From an uncultured beta proteobacterium (GTDB lineage: Bacteria > Pseudomonadota > Gammaproteobacteria > Burkholderiales > Casimicrobiaceae): a stretch of 64,000 nt of DNA. The notes beneath the pieces were generated by a model. The model was given only the letters and a program-made list of their open reading frames with translations, was not told where the DNA came from and searched no databases. The DNA lies in the NCBI GenBank assembly GCA_963724975.1, contig CAVRXB010000001.1, forward strand, positions 606,511 to 670,510, given 5' to 3'. Below, piece by piece: positions 9,549 to 18,113 of the stretch (positions within the stretch are counted from its first letter, which is position 1; every line of letters starts with the position of its first letter). Made by a program: the position numbers and the translations under genes.

Positions 9549-10781
9549 TTACTGTGCCTTCTTTACGAAGTGTCGCGGCGAAATGCCGATGAGCAGCAGC
9601 AAAGCCCGGATAATCGGCGATGCGCCGACGAATTGCACCGCTTTGCGCTGTGCCTCGATCCTGTTGATCGTGTTGAGCAGCGTCCCCGCGCAGACGAAAT
9701 CGATGCGGTCGACCTGGCTCAGGTCGACGGGAACGACAGCGTGGGATTGCGCGTACTCCGTGAGTCGTCCGAGTTGAGGCGATGCCGATCCGACCATCAC
9801 GCCCGACCAGCAAACCGTCTCGGACTCGCTCAGTGCGGCGTCGGCACCAGCATCTGCCGGTGGGGCGGCATCCGGGAGCGGAGGCGGCTCCCACGACGGC
9901 GGCGAGAGCTCGAAGGTCACCGCGTATTCGACTGCGCGATCCTCGAACGCGGCATGCGCGTTCGACCATTGCAGCAGCTCGAGCGACAGCAGCCATGCCC
10001 CTTCGCCGCCATCGCGCCCCTTCTTCACCAGCGCATCGAGTATCGGCTTCAGCTTCTCTGCGCGCTGGAGGTGGAGCGTGAACTTCTTGCGCCGCGCTTC
10101 GCCGAGCGCGTTCGCGAGGAGGCGCGCGCCTTCATCGTCGAAACCCGTTACCGACAGGAGGTCGAGGCGAACCTCGGAGCCCTGTTTCGCCATTGCCCGC
10201 TTTAGCCCCTCGAGTTGCGTCGCTACACTGGCGGTCAACTTTCCGGCGAGTCCGATATAACCCCCGGAGCTTGCCCGCGGCCCGGGGAGCGGCTTTGCGG
10301 ACGCTTCCCACGGCGGCGCCGACCGCTCGAATTGGACGACGTACTGCAATGCAAACTGATCGAAGGCGGTTCTGTCGCCGGCACGCTGCTGGAGATCGAA
10401 CAACGCGAGCCAGGCGAGCGGCGAAAGCTTTGTGTCATGGTCTGACTGCACGCCTTGCTCCAGCAGCTCGCGCGCCTGCGCGGCATGACCGCTCGCGTAG
10501 CGCAGCGCCGCATCCTCCAGGACCGCACAAAGGCCCGGGTTCGCCTGCACGACCTCGAAACTCGACTGGCTGGGTGGCGACCCCATGAGACTCATGCCCG
10601 TCACCGTAATATCACCACTAGGATCCACCTGCCGCCCATCACCCTTGGCCGCTGCGTGGTTGGCCACTTCGCGTGCCGACAGCGGGCGGCCCGTGGCCGC
10701 CGGGCGTGGCCCCTGGCGTTTGCTATGGTGGGCAGCGGCCGGACCCGGCTTTTTGATCGGCGGTTTCGAGAAAATCGACAT
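9549..10781 (-). CDS. tandem STAS-domain protein
   Basis: About 410-aa ORF with start ATG 10781 (MSIFSKPP) or 10793. Two helical-plus-STAS-like modules (..QYVVQFERSAPPWE.. and ..EYAVTFELSPPSWE..). C-terminal VDLSQVDRIDFVCAGTLLN. Confidence 0.7.
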   Translation of the reverse strand: MSIFSKPPIKKPGPAAAHHSKRQGPRPAATGRPLSAREVANHAAAKGDGRQVDPSGDITVTGMSLMGSPPSQSSFEVVQANPGLCAVLEDAALRYASGHAAQARELLEQGVQSDHDTKLSPLAWLALFDLQQRAGDRTAFDQFALQYVVQFERSAPPWEASAKPLPGPRASSGGYIGLAGKLTASVATQLEGLKRAMAKQGSEVRLDLLSVTGFDDEGARLLANALGEARRKKFTLHLQRAEKLKPILDALVKKGRDGGEGAWLLSLELLQWSNAHAAFEDRAVEYAVTFELSPPSWEPPPLPDAAPPADAGADAALSESETVCWSGVMVGSASPQLGRLTEYAQSHAVVPVDLSQVDRIDFVCAGTLLNTINRIEAQRKAVQFVGASPIIRALLLLIGISPRHFVKKAQ

Positions 10782-11006
10782 CGCGGTTCGCACGCTTTCC
10801 TTCGCGCCCGCTCAACATGTTACCGAGAACCGCAAAGGGCGGTCTTGGAGCGTGAGCGATGCAAGACAAAGTATTGATTATGTTCTCGTCATAGTTAACG
10901 TACAAGCCGACGCAGCCGCGCGCCACCTCAATGGCGCCCACCGCAGGCGCTTGCTAGAATTCCATCACAGACGCGCAGCCACTCGGCTGTGAACAGGAGA
11001 CTCCCG

Positions 11007-11102
11007 ATGAAAAACCCGCTCGACTCCCTCTGGGGCACGGTCATCTCCGGCCTCGTCCTGACGATCATCCTGTACTACGTCGTCCGCAGCCTTCCGGTCT
11101 GA
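11007..11102 (+). CDS. small hydrophobic protein (31 aa)
   Basis: Below the ORF-track size cutoff. GGAGA lies 6 nt upstream of the ATG. MKNPLDSLWGTVISGLVLTIILYYVVRSLPV contains one TM helix. The stop is 12 nt before the next gene. Confidence 0.5.
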   Translation: MKNPLDSLWGTVISGLVLTIILYYVVRSLPV

Positions 11103-11114
11103 CCGAGGACCGAC

Positions 11115-11606
11115 ATGGACTTCCTTCCCGCAATCGCTCGGTGGGTCCATTTTCTGGCCGGTGTGATGTGGATCGGCCTTCTCTATTACTTCAACTTCGT
11201 GCAGGTCGCAGCGATGAAAGCCGCGGCGGCGGATGGAACCGCTGCCGGGATCACGAAACACGTGGCTCCTCGCGCGCTCCTGTATTTCCGCTGGGCGGCG
11301 GTCGTGACCTGGCTCGCCGGTGCGGCGATCCTCGGCAATCTGTTCGTGCCCGCGTTCACGCTGTCGAAAGGGATGGCCGGGATCGGCATGGGCGCATGGC
11401 TCGGGACGATCATGTTGCTGAACGTCTGGGGGCTGATCTGGCCCAATCAGCAGAAGATCCTGGGCATGAAGCCCGCAACCGACGAGGAGAAAAACAAGGC
11501 GCGCCGCGTGGCGTTCCTTGCATCGCGAACCAACGTGATGCTGTCGATCCCGATGCTGTTCTTCATGGCCGGCGGCTGGTCGCACCGCGCCGTGTTCGGG
11601 CTGTAG
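11115..11606 (+). CDS. integral membrane protein (resembles the urate-hydroxylase PuuD N-terminal membrane domain)
   Basis: GAGGA RBS. Four predicted TM helices (WVHFLAGVMWIGLLYYFNFV...). Clean 163-aa ORF. Confidence 0.8.
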   Translation: MDFLPAIARWVHFLAGVMWIGLLYYFNFVQVAAMKAAAADGTAAGITKHVAPRALLYFRWAAVVTWLAGAAILGNLFVPAFTLSKGMAGIGMGAWLGTIMLLNVWGLIWPNQQKILGMKPATDEEKNKARRVAFLASRTNVMLSIPMLFFMAGGWSHRAVFGL

Positions 11607-11670
11607 CGGCGCGAGCGGCGAGCCGGGGCCCCGGGCGCGAAGCGCCAAGGGGCAGCGAGCGATCGCGAGT
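11603..11670 (+). repeat. REP-like palindromic element, copy 1
   Basis: GTAG-CGGCGCGAGCGGCGAGCCGGGGCCCCGGGCGCGAAGCGCCAAGGGGCAGCGAGCGATCGCGAGT. The TAG stop of the upstream gene lies inside the GTAG. Confidence 0.85.
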
Positions 11671-11726
11671 CGCCGCTGGCGGCCGACAGTTCGGCGCTAC
11701 GATTCACACGAGCGGAGCGGAGGCCG

Positions 11727-11790
11727 CGGCGCGAGCGGCGAGCCGGGGCCCCGGGCGCGAAGCGCCAAGGGGGAGCGAGCGATCGCGAGT
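11727..11790 (+). repeat. REP-like palindromic element, copy 2
   Basis: 64 bp identical to copy 1 except for one base, and 120 bp downstream of it. Confidence 0.85.
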
Positions 11791-11845
11791 GGCGACGCGA
11801 GCCGGGAAGCAGGGGCCCCGCGCGCGGGGATGCGACCGGGGCGAG
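11791..11845 (+). repeat. REP-like element, degenerate third copy
   Basis: GAAGCAGGGGCCCCGCGCGCGGGGATGCGAC resembles the copy at 17211-17280 but has a shortened central hairpin. Confidence 0.5.
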
Positions 11846-11949
11846 CCGGCGCAGCCGGGCCGACGGCGCGAACCCTCGCACAGTTGGGCTGTGCGGAGGC
11901 CGAGGCCGCAGGCGGCCGAAGGCTCGGCGCTGCACGAGCGGCGGAACAA

Positions 11950-11978
11950 GGGACGGCCTTTCGGCCCATCCCTTTTTT
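11950..11978 (+). terminator. rho-independent terminator candidate
   Basis: GGGACGGCC-TTTC-GGCCCATCCC stem-loop followed by TTTTTT. Lies between the convergent membrane-protein gene and dksA. Confidence 0.5.
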
Positions 11979-11988
11979 CATCTCGCCG

Positions 11989-12447
11989 TCAGTCGTCGCC
12001 GTAGAGCTTCTGCACGCGCTCGCGGCGCTCCTGCGCTTCGAGTGACAAGGTGGCGGTAGGACGCGCCAGAAGCCGCGGAATGCCGATCGGCTCGCCGGTT
12101 TCTTCGCAGTAGCCGTAGCTGCCGTCGTCGATCAGCTTGATGGATTTCTCGACTTTCTTGAGCAGCTTGCGCTCGCGATCGCGAGTGCGAAGCTCAAGCG
12201 TGTATTCCTCTTCGAGCGTCGCGCGGTCCGACGGATCGGTCGTGATTTCGTTTTCGCGCAGATGCTCGCCGGTATCGTCGGCGTTCTGCAGGAGCTGGTC
12301 GCGAAGCTCGGTCAGCCGTTGCCGAAAGAACGCGAGCTGCGCCTCGTTCATGTAGTCCTTCTCAGGCGCCTTGGCGAGATCTTCCTCGGTGAGGACCTTG
12401 GGTTTCCTGACTACTGTCGCGCTCGCGGTTGCTTGCTTCGCTGCCAT
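11989..12447 (-). CDS. dksA: RNA polymerase-binding transcription factor DksA (single-Cys variant)
   Basis: DksA coiled-coil region with an acidic tip (TDPSDRATLEEE). C-terminal CEETGEPIGIPRLLARPTATLSLEAQ replaces the CxxC..CxxC zinc finger. Confidence 0.92.
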   Translation of the reverse strand: MAAKQATASATVVRKPKVLTEEDLAKAPEKDYMNEAQLAFFRQRLTELRDQLLQNADDTGEHLRENEITTDPSDRATLEEEYTLELRTRDRERKLLKKVEKSIKLIDDGSYGYCEETGEPIGIPRLLARPTATLSLEAQERRERVQKLYGDD

Positions 12448-12649
12448 TCGTTCCTCTAATTCGATGTGCTTGTTCGAGCCAATTTTGGTCGTTTAACTTC
12501 GCCTGCTTTTGCGTCCTGCCCGCTTTTGCATCCTGCCAAGGGCCTAGGCCCCCGCAGAAAATCGGCAATTATATCCCGCCTGCGGCACCTGCCACCACCC
12601 TCCCGTATGAAACCGATGTCGGCGACCGCCCTACGCGTGCTGGCCACCG

Positions 12650-12678
12650 TATAATCGTGCAAAAACAAGGCTTTTTGC
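12650..12678 (+). promoter_or_regulatory. candidate -10 box plus pyrC leader hairpin
   Basis: Perfect TATAAT at 12650-12655 with no good -35. A 7-bp inverted repeat GCAAAAA/TTTTTGC (12659-12665 / 12672-12678) encloses AAGG and abuts the pyrC ATG. Confidence 0.35.
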
Positions 12679-13737
12679 ATGACCTTTCCTGCCGCCTCCG
12701 CCCGCCATGCCGTCACGATCGTCCGTCCGGACGACTGGCACCTCCACCTTCGCGACGGTGCCGCGATGGCTGCGGTCGTCGGCGCGACGGCACGCGTCTT
12801 CGGGCGAGCAATCGTCATGCCCAATCTGCGTCCGCCGGTAACGACGACCGCCATGGCGCTCGCCTACCGTGGCCGCATCGTGGCCGCGCTTCCAGCGGGC
12901 GCGCACTTCGAGCCGCTGCTCACGATCTACCTCACCGACAACACGAGCGCGACGGAGATCGGCTCGGCAAAGTCATCCGCCGTCGTGCTCGCGGCGAAAT
13001 ACTACCCGGCCGGCGCAACGACCAACTCGGACGCGGGCGTCACGGCGGTCGAGCGGGCGTGGCCGGCGTTCGCGGCGATGCAGACTTGCGGCCTCGTGCT
13101 GTCGCTGCACGGCGAGGTCACCGACCCCGACATCGACGTGTTCGATCGCGAGCGCGTCTTCGTCGATCGGCATCTCACGCGCATCGTGCGCGACTTCCCC
13201 TCCCTCAGGATCGTGCTGGAGCACGTGACGACGCGCGAGGCCGCGGAGTTCGTCGCCGCGGCGCCGCCAAACGTCGCGGCGACGATCACGCCGCACCATC
13301 TTCTCTGGTCGCGCAATGCGCTCTTGGCCGGCGGGTTGCGGCCGCATTTGTACTGCATGCCGATCCTGAAGCGCGAAGGGGATCGCGAAGCGCTGGTCCG
13401 GGCGGCAACATCGGGCAGCCCGAAATTCTTCCTTGGCACCGATTCGGCACCACATCCGCGCCACGCGAAGGAGAGCGCCTGCTGCGGCGCCGGATGCTAC
13501 TCGGCGCCGCTCGCTCTTCCGTTGTACGCGGAAGCCTTCGAGAATGCCGGCGCGCTGGACCGGCTCGAGGCATTCGCTAGCCATTTCGGTGCCGACTTCT
13601 ACGGACTGCCGCGCAATGCGGACACGATCACTCTCGTGCAAGAAGACTGGAAAGTGCCGGCCGAGTACGCCTTCGGCAGCGATACGCTCGTGCCGTTGCG
13701 GGCCGGAGAAACGATGCGCTGGCGGGTCGCGTCGTAG
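12679..13737 (+). CDS. pyrC: dihydroorotase (homodimeric type)
   Basis: [32 protein letters not shown] and GTDSAPH motifs over the full length. Confidence 0.95.
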   Translation: MTFPAASARHAVTIVRPDDWHLHLRDGAAMAAVVGATARVFGRAIVMPNLRPPVTTTAMALAYRGRIVAALPAGAHFEPLLTIYLTDNTSATEIGSAKSSAVVLAAKYYPAGATTNSDAGVTAVERAWPAFAAMQTCGLVLSLHGEVTDPDIDVFDRERVFVDRHLTRIVRDFPSLRIVLEHVTTREAAEFVAAAPPNVAATITPHHLLWSRNALLAGGLRPHLYCMPILKREGDREALVRAATSGSPKFFLGTDSAPHPRHAKESACCGAGCYSAPLALPLYAEAFENAGALDRLEAFASHFGADFYGLPRNADTITLVQEDWKVPAEYAFGSDTLVPLRAGETMRWRVAS

Positions 13738-13769
13738 GGAACCTCGATGCCGGCGGTGCTATCCTAGAT

Positions 13770-14137
13770 GCTGAAGCCAGCCAGACCGTCGCTGCCCCAC
13801 CGGTGCAAACTGACGGGGGAGAGGAAAGTCCGGGCTCCATAGAGCAGGATGCCGGGTAATGCCCGGCCGCAGATAAATCGCCGCTCGCGCGGTCGACGAA
13901 AGCGAGGAACAGGGCCACAGAGACGAGTCGCCGGCGGTCACACGCCGGCGGGTGAAACGCGGCAACCTCCATCCGGAGCAACACCAAGTAGGCGGACGCG
14001 CATTTGGCAACACAGGCTGCTCGTCTAGTCCGCGGGTAGGTGGCTTGAGCCCGAAGGCAACGACGGGCCTAGAGGAATGACGGCCATAGCGCATGCAAAT
14101 GCGCCGTAACAGAACCCGGCTTATCGGCTGACTTCGC
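13770..14137 (+). ncRNA. rnpB: RNase P RNA, bacterial type A
   Basis: GAGGAAAGTCCGGGCTCCATAG near the 5' end and ACAGAACCCGGCTTATCGG near the 3' end. P1 pairing of GAAGCCAGCC (13772-) with GGCTGACTTC (14126-). Ends are approximate. Confidence 0.9.
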
Positions 14138-14147
14138 TTTATCCCAT

Positions 14148-14183
14148 GACGCCCCACGGTTCCGCCGCGGGGCGTCGCCATTT
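14148..14183 (+). terminator. weak terminator candidate after rnpB
   Basis: GACGCCCC...GGGGCGTC 8-bp stem followed only by a short TTT. Confidence 0.25.
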
Positions 14184-14209
14184 GGGGCTCACTGGACTAC
14201 CCTCCGCGC

Positions 14210-15364
14210 TCATGCCCCAGTGTGTCGCCGCAGCGCCTTCCGGTACGCGACGAACGACGCGACGCCAAGCCCCGTGAGGAGCCACGGCGTGATGGTGCGC
14301 TGCGGATCGAACACAAAGCACATCGCGATCGCGAGCGGTGCGACGGCGCGCGCGATGAGTTGAGGCCGCGCGAGACGCCCAAGGAGCGTGCCGAATGCAT
14401 GGCGGCCGAAGAGCTCCGCCGGTACCGAGCCGCGAACGATCGTCATCACGCCATTGCTGAAACCATAGAGCAGCGCGAAGGCGAGCGCGACGATCATGAG
14501 GCCGCGCACCTCCGCGAGAAAAAGCAGCGCGAGCGCGAGCATCGCAAACGCGAGCGTGCCGATCGCCCGCGCGCGAAGATGTCTTCCAAACGTGAATTCC
14601 ACCACGCGCCCGGCGACCTGCATCGGCCCGAACATCGCGCCGACCAACACCGCATCGGCTGCGGTGAGGCCGGATGCGGTCAGCAGCAGAATCGCATGCG
14701 CGGAGAGCGCCGACGCGATGAACGCCGCGCCCGATAGCGCGATCGCGAGCCAGATAAACGTGGCCCCTTCGGCAGGCGTGCGCGCTTTCGCCGCCATCGC
14801 CTGTGACGCCGCTGCGATTTCGATGCGCGTCACGCGCGGAATAGCGGCGAGATGCAAAGGAAGGCAGATGGCGAGATGCATCGCTGCATAGATACTGAAC
14901 GTCGCCCGCCAACCGAAGCCGTTCAGCAGCCATAGCGACAGCGGCCAGAAAATGGTGCTGGCAAATCCACCGAACAGCGTGAGCGCGGTGATCGTGCGCC
15001 GATAGCCGGCGCCGCTGATCGAGTGCAGCACCGCGAACGCCGGATCGTAGAGCGTGCACGCCATCGCGACACCGGCGACGATCCATCCCGCGAGCAGCGT
15101 CGCCGGACCTTGCGCCGACGCGAGCAGCGCAAGGGCGATCGTGCCGGCGCACGATCCGCCGGCGAGCGCGCTGCGCGCATGCCCGGCGTCAATCCAGCGG
15201 CCAACGGCGGGAGAGGCTGCACCGGAAACGAAGAGCCCTGCGGAAAATGCGCCAAAGAGCAGCGTGGCGCTGACGCCGAGATCCGCGCGCATCGCGTCAC
15301 CCAGGACCGCGATCGTGTAGAACAGCGTGCCCCAGGAAATGATCTGCGCGATGCCGAGCGCCAC
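14210..15364 (-). CDS. MFS transporter
   Basis: About 12 hydrophobic helices. The ORF's 5' extension to 15613 overlaps a REP element and the upstream gene, so I place the start at in-frame GTG 15364 (VALGIAQIISWG). Start uncertain. Confidence 0.8.
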   Translation of the reverse strand: MALGIAQIISWGTLFYTIAVLGDAMRADLGVSATLLFGAFSAGLFVSGAASPAVGRWIDAGHARSALAGGSCAGTIALALLASAQGPATLLAGWIVAGVAMACTLYDPAFAVLHSISGAGYRRTITALTLFGGFASTIFWPLSLWLLNGFGWRATFSIYAAMHLAICLPLHLAAIPRVTRIEIAAASQAMAAKARTPAEGATFIWLAIALSGAAFIASALSAHAILLLTASGLTAADAVLVGAMFGPMQVAGRVVEFTFGRHLRARAIGTLAFAMLALALLFLAEVRGLMIVALAFALLYGFSNGVMTIVRGSVPAELFGRHAFGTLLGRLARPQLIARAVAPLAIAMCFVFDPQRTITPWLLTGLGVASFVAYRKALRRHTGA

Positions 15365-15459
15365 GACACGCGCGCCAAGGTTTTGCGCCGGCTCGGTATC
15401 TGCGGCCTCCGCACCGCTCTCTCGACTCGTGGTGACGATTGGGTCGGCCTTCTCCGGCG

Positions 15460-15521
15460 ACTCGCGATCGCTCGCTCCCCCTTGCCTTCGGCTTGGGGCC
15501 CCGGCTCGCCGCTCGCGCCGG
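15460..15521 (-). repeat. REP-like palindromic element, copy 3
   Basis: Reverse complement of the 11.6-kb copies. Begins 1 nt after the TGA of the upstream minus-strand gene. Central hairpin is GCC-TTC-GGC instead of GGCGC-TTC-GCGCC. Confidence 0.8.
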
Positions 15522-17150
15522 TCAGCTTCCACGCCGGCGTCTCGCGTCGCGCAGGATCTCGCGTGCCGCGTTGTGCCCCGGAATTCCCGTGACGCCGCCG
15601 CCTGGATGGGCACCCGATCCGCAGAGATACAAGCCGCGCACCGGCATTCGATAGTTCGCGTGGCCGAGCACGGGCCTTGCGGCGAAGAGCTGGTCGAGCG
15701 TCAGCCGGCCATGGAAGATATCGCCGCCAGTGAGCCCGAAATCACGCTCGAGATCCAGGGGCGAGAGCGCGCGATGTCCGACAACGCTGGCGCGGAAGTT
15801 CGGCGCGAATTGGGTCACTGTGTCGATCATCAGAGCGGCAACTTCGTCGCGCGCATCGTCCCATGTGAGTCCGGCCACGACCTGCGGCAGGTCGGGATGG
15901 ACGTGCTGGCAGAAGAGGCTTGCGACATGCTTGCCTGGCGGCGCGAGCGAATCATCGACGACGGACGGGATCAGCAGCTCGACAATCGGCGCGGCGGACC
16001 AGCCACGCGTCTTCGCATCGAAATAAGCGCGCTCCATGTACGCGAGCGACGGTGCGATGATGATGCCGCTGCCATGATGCGGTGCGGCGATTCGGCCGGG
16101 CAGCGCGGTGAAATCGGGCAACTCGGCGAGCGCGACGTTCATCCGGAACGTGCCGGATCCGCAGCGATAACCCGCAATGCGGGCGCGGAAATCGTCCGGC
16201 AGATGTTCCGGCTCGACGAGGCGCTCGAACAGCACTTTGGGGGTGACGTTCGCCACCACGCGCTTTGCCGTAACGACTTCGCCATCGTCGAGCTCGACGC
16301 CGATCGCTCGCCCCGTTTTCACAATTACGCGCGCAACGCTCGCCGCCGTGCGCAACGCTACGCCTCGCGCGCTGCATTCCTTTGCCATTGCCTGCGTGAT
16401 CGCGCCCATTCCTCCGATAGCGTGGCCCCACGTCCCGCGCTTGCCGTTCACCTCGCCGAACACGTGATGCAGCAGCACGTACGCCGAGCCCGGCGTCCAG
16501 GGGCTCGCAAAGTTGCCGACGACGGCGTCGAAGCCGAACACCGCCTTGACGGGTTCCGACTCGAACCAGCGATCGAGCACGTCGCCCGCGCTTTTGGTGA
16601 AGAGGTCGAGCACGTCGCGGCGCCCCGCGAGGTCGAGCGCGCGGAAGCGTTTCGCGACCTTCCATGCGTCGAGCAGCGCGTGAACACCGCCTCCCGCATT
16701 GGGCGGCGTTGCGACGAGCAAGTCGCGCAGCACATCGGCCACGCGATCGAGCATCGCGTAGTAGCCGGGAAGCGCATCGGCGTCGCGGCGCGAGAATTTC
16801 GCGAATTCGGCCTGCGTAGCGGCGATACCGCCGCCGACGACCAAATGACGATTGTCCGGAAGCGGCAGGAAGTTCGACAGCGGCCGCTCGACGATCCGCA
16901 GGCCATGCCGCGCGAGATCGAGATCGCGGATCACCTTCGGATTGAGCAGGCTTACCGTGTAGCTCGCCGTCGAATTGCGAAATCCCGGATGGAATTCCTC
17001 GGTCACCGCAGCGCCGCCGAGGACCGCGCGCCGCTCGAGAACGCAGACCGACAGGCCTGCGCGGGCAAGATACGCGGCGCACACGAGCCCGTTGTGTCCG
17101 CCGCCGATGATGACGACGTCGAACCGTCTCGCCTGCCCCTCCACGCTCAC
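15522..17150 (-). CDS. phytoene-desaturase-family NAD(P)/FAD-dependent oxidoreductase (COG1233-like)
   Basis: VVIIGGGHNGL dinucleotide motif, 542 aa, and C-terminal LYLCGSGAHPGGGVTG.PG typical of the CrtI-like family. Confidence 0.88.
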   Translation of the reverse strand: MSVEGQARRFDVVIIGGGHNGLVCAAYLARAGLSVCVLERRAVLGGAAVTEEFHPGFRNSTASYTVSLLNPKVIRDLDLARHGLRIVERPLSNFLPLPDNRHLVVGGGIAATQAEFAKFSRRDADALPGYYAMLDRVADVLRDLLVATPPNAGGGVHALLDAWKVAKRFRALDLAGRRDVLDLFTKSAGDVLDRWFESEPVKAVFGFDAVVGNFASPWTPGSAYVLLHHVFGEVNGKRGTWGHAIGGMGAITQAMAKECSARGVALRTAASVARVIVKTGRAIGVELDDGEVVTAKRVVANVTPKVLFERLVEPEHLPDDFRARIAGYRCGSGTFRMNVALAELPDFTALPGRIAAPHHGSGIIIAPSLAYMERAYFDAKTRGWSAAPIVELLIPSVVDDSLAPPGKHVASLFCQHVHPDLPQVVAGLTWDDARDEVAALMIDTVTQFAPNFRASVVGHRALSPLDLERDFGLTGGDIFHGRLTLDQLFAARPVLGHANYRMPVRGLYLCGSGAHPGGGVTGIPGHNAAREILRDARRRRGS

Positions 17151-17210
17151 GCCTCGGCCTCCGCACTGCCATTGCGAATCGTCGAGGTGGTGGGGTCGGC
17201 CTCATGCGGC

Positions 17211-17280
17211 GATTCGCGATTGCTTCGATCCCCTGCGCGCGTTCGCGCGCGGGGCCCCTCTTCGCCGCTCACGCCGCTAC
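17211..17280 (-). repeat. REP-like palindromic element, copy 4 (diverged)
   Basis: Starts at the fabI TAG stop, again inside a GTAG. Conserved arms; central hairpin is GCGCGCG-TTC-GCGCGC. Confidence 0.7.
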
Positions 17281-18065
17281 TCTTCGTCAAGGCTGATCGC
17301 GACGGTGTTGTATCCGCAGTCGACGTAGGTAATCTCGCCGGTGATCGCGCTCGAAAGGTCGGAGAAGTAGAACGCGGCGACGTTGCCCACTTCGTCGATC
17401 GTGACGTTGCGTTTCAGCGGCGCCGCGCGCTCGAAGCGGTTAAGGAGCTTGGAGAATCCGCCAATGCCCGCGGCCGCAAGCGTCTTGATCGGTCCGGCGG
17501 ACAAACCGTTGACGCGGATGCCTTCGGGACCAAGGCACGCGGCGAGATAGCGGACATTGGCTTCGAGGCTCGCCTTTGCGAGTCCCATCACGTTGTAATT
17601 GGGCACCGAGCGCAACGCGCCGAGATAGGTGAGCGTCAGCAGCGACGCGGCGCGCCCCTGCAGCAGCGGACGTGCACCCTTAGCCAGCGCGGCAAAGCTG
17701 TAACTCGAGACGTCGTGCGCCGTCTCGAACGCCGATCGCGTCAGGCTCTCGAGGAAATCGCCGGCCAGCGCCTCGCGCGGCGCGAACGCAATCGAATGCA
17801 GGATGCCGTCGAGCCCGCCCCATTCGGCCTTCAGCGCCGCGAACAGCGCGTCGATGTCGTCGTCCTTTGCGACATCACATCGCAGGACCGGTGCGGCGCC
17901 GAATTCGGCGGCGATCTTGACCACGCGGTCCTTGAGATCGTCGTTGACGTACGTGAAGGCGAGTGTTGCGCCTTCGCGCTGGCACGCGCGCGCAACGCCA
18001 TAGGCGATCGAGCGCGTCGACAGCACACCCGTGATCAGGATCTTCTTGTCCGCCAGAAAGCCCAT
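17277..18065 (-). CDS. fabI: enoyl-[acyl-carrier-protein] reductase (NADH)
   Basis: [34 protein letters not shown] (Y..K) and [10 protein letters not shown]. Confidence 0.95.
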   Translation of the reverse strand: MGFLADKKILITGVLSTRSIAYGVARACQREGATLAFTYVNDDLKDRVVKIAAEFGAAPVLRCDVAKDDDIDALFAALKAEWGGLDGILHSIAFAPREALAGDFLESLTRSAFETAHDVSSYSFAALAKGARPLLQGRAASLLTLTYLGALRSVPNYNVMGLAKASLEANVRYLAACLGPEGIRVNGLSAGPIKTLAAAGIGGFSKLLNRFERAAPLKRNVTIDEVGNVAAFYFSDLSSAITGEITYVDCGYNTVAISLDEE

Positions 18066-18113
18066 GGTCGCTCCGCGATTTCACTGCCGGCGCGTTCCCG
18101 GCGTGCCCGTGCG

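Noticed and set aside
8880-10205. 441-aa plus-strand ORF
   Set aside because: It is antisense to hslV and the STAS protein and spans their intergenic region. No motifs.
11603-11950. Possible CRISPR array (repeated 64-mers)
   Set aside because: There are only two near-identical copies plus a degenerate one. The repeats are longer than CRISPR repeats, are internally made of several palindromes, also occur singly elsewhere, and no cas genes are present.
15365-15613. N-terminal extension of the MFS transporter ORF
   Set aside because: It would overlap the upstream gene by about 90 nt and translate a REP element. There is no hydrophobic or conserved sequence before VALGIAQIISWG. The exact start remains uncertain.
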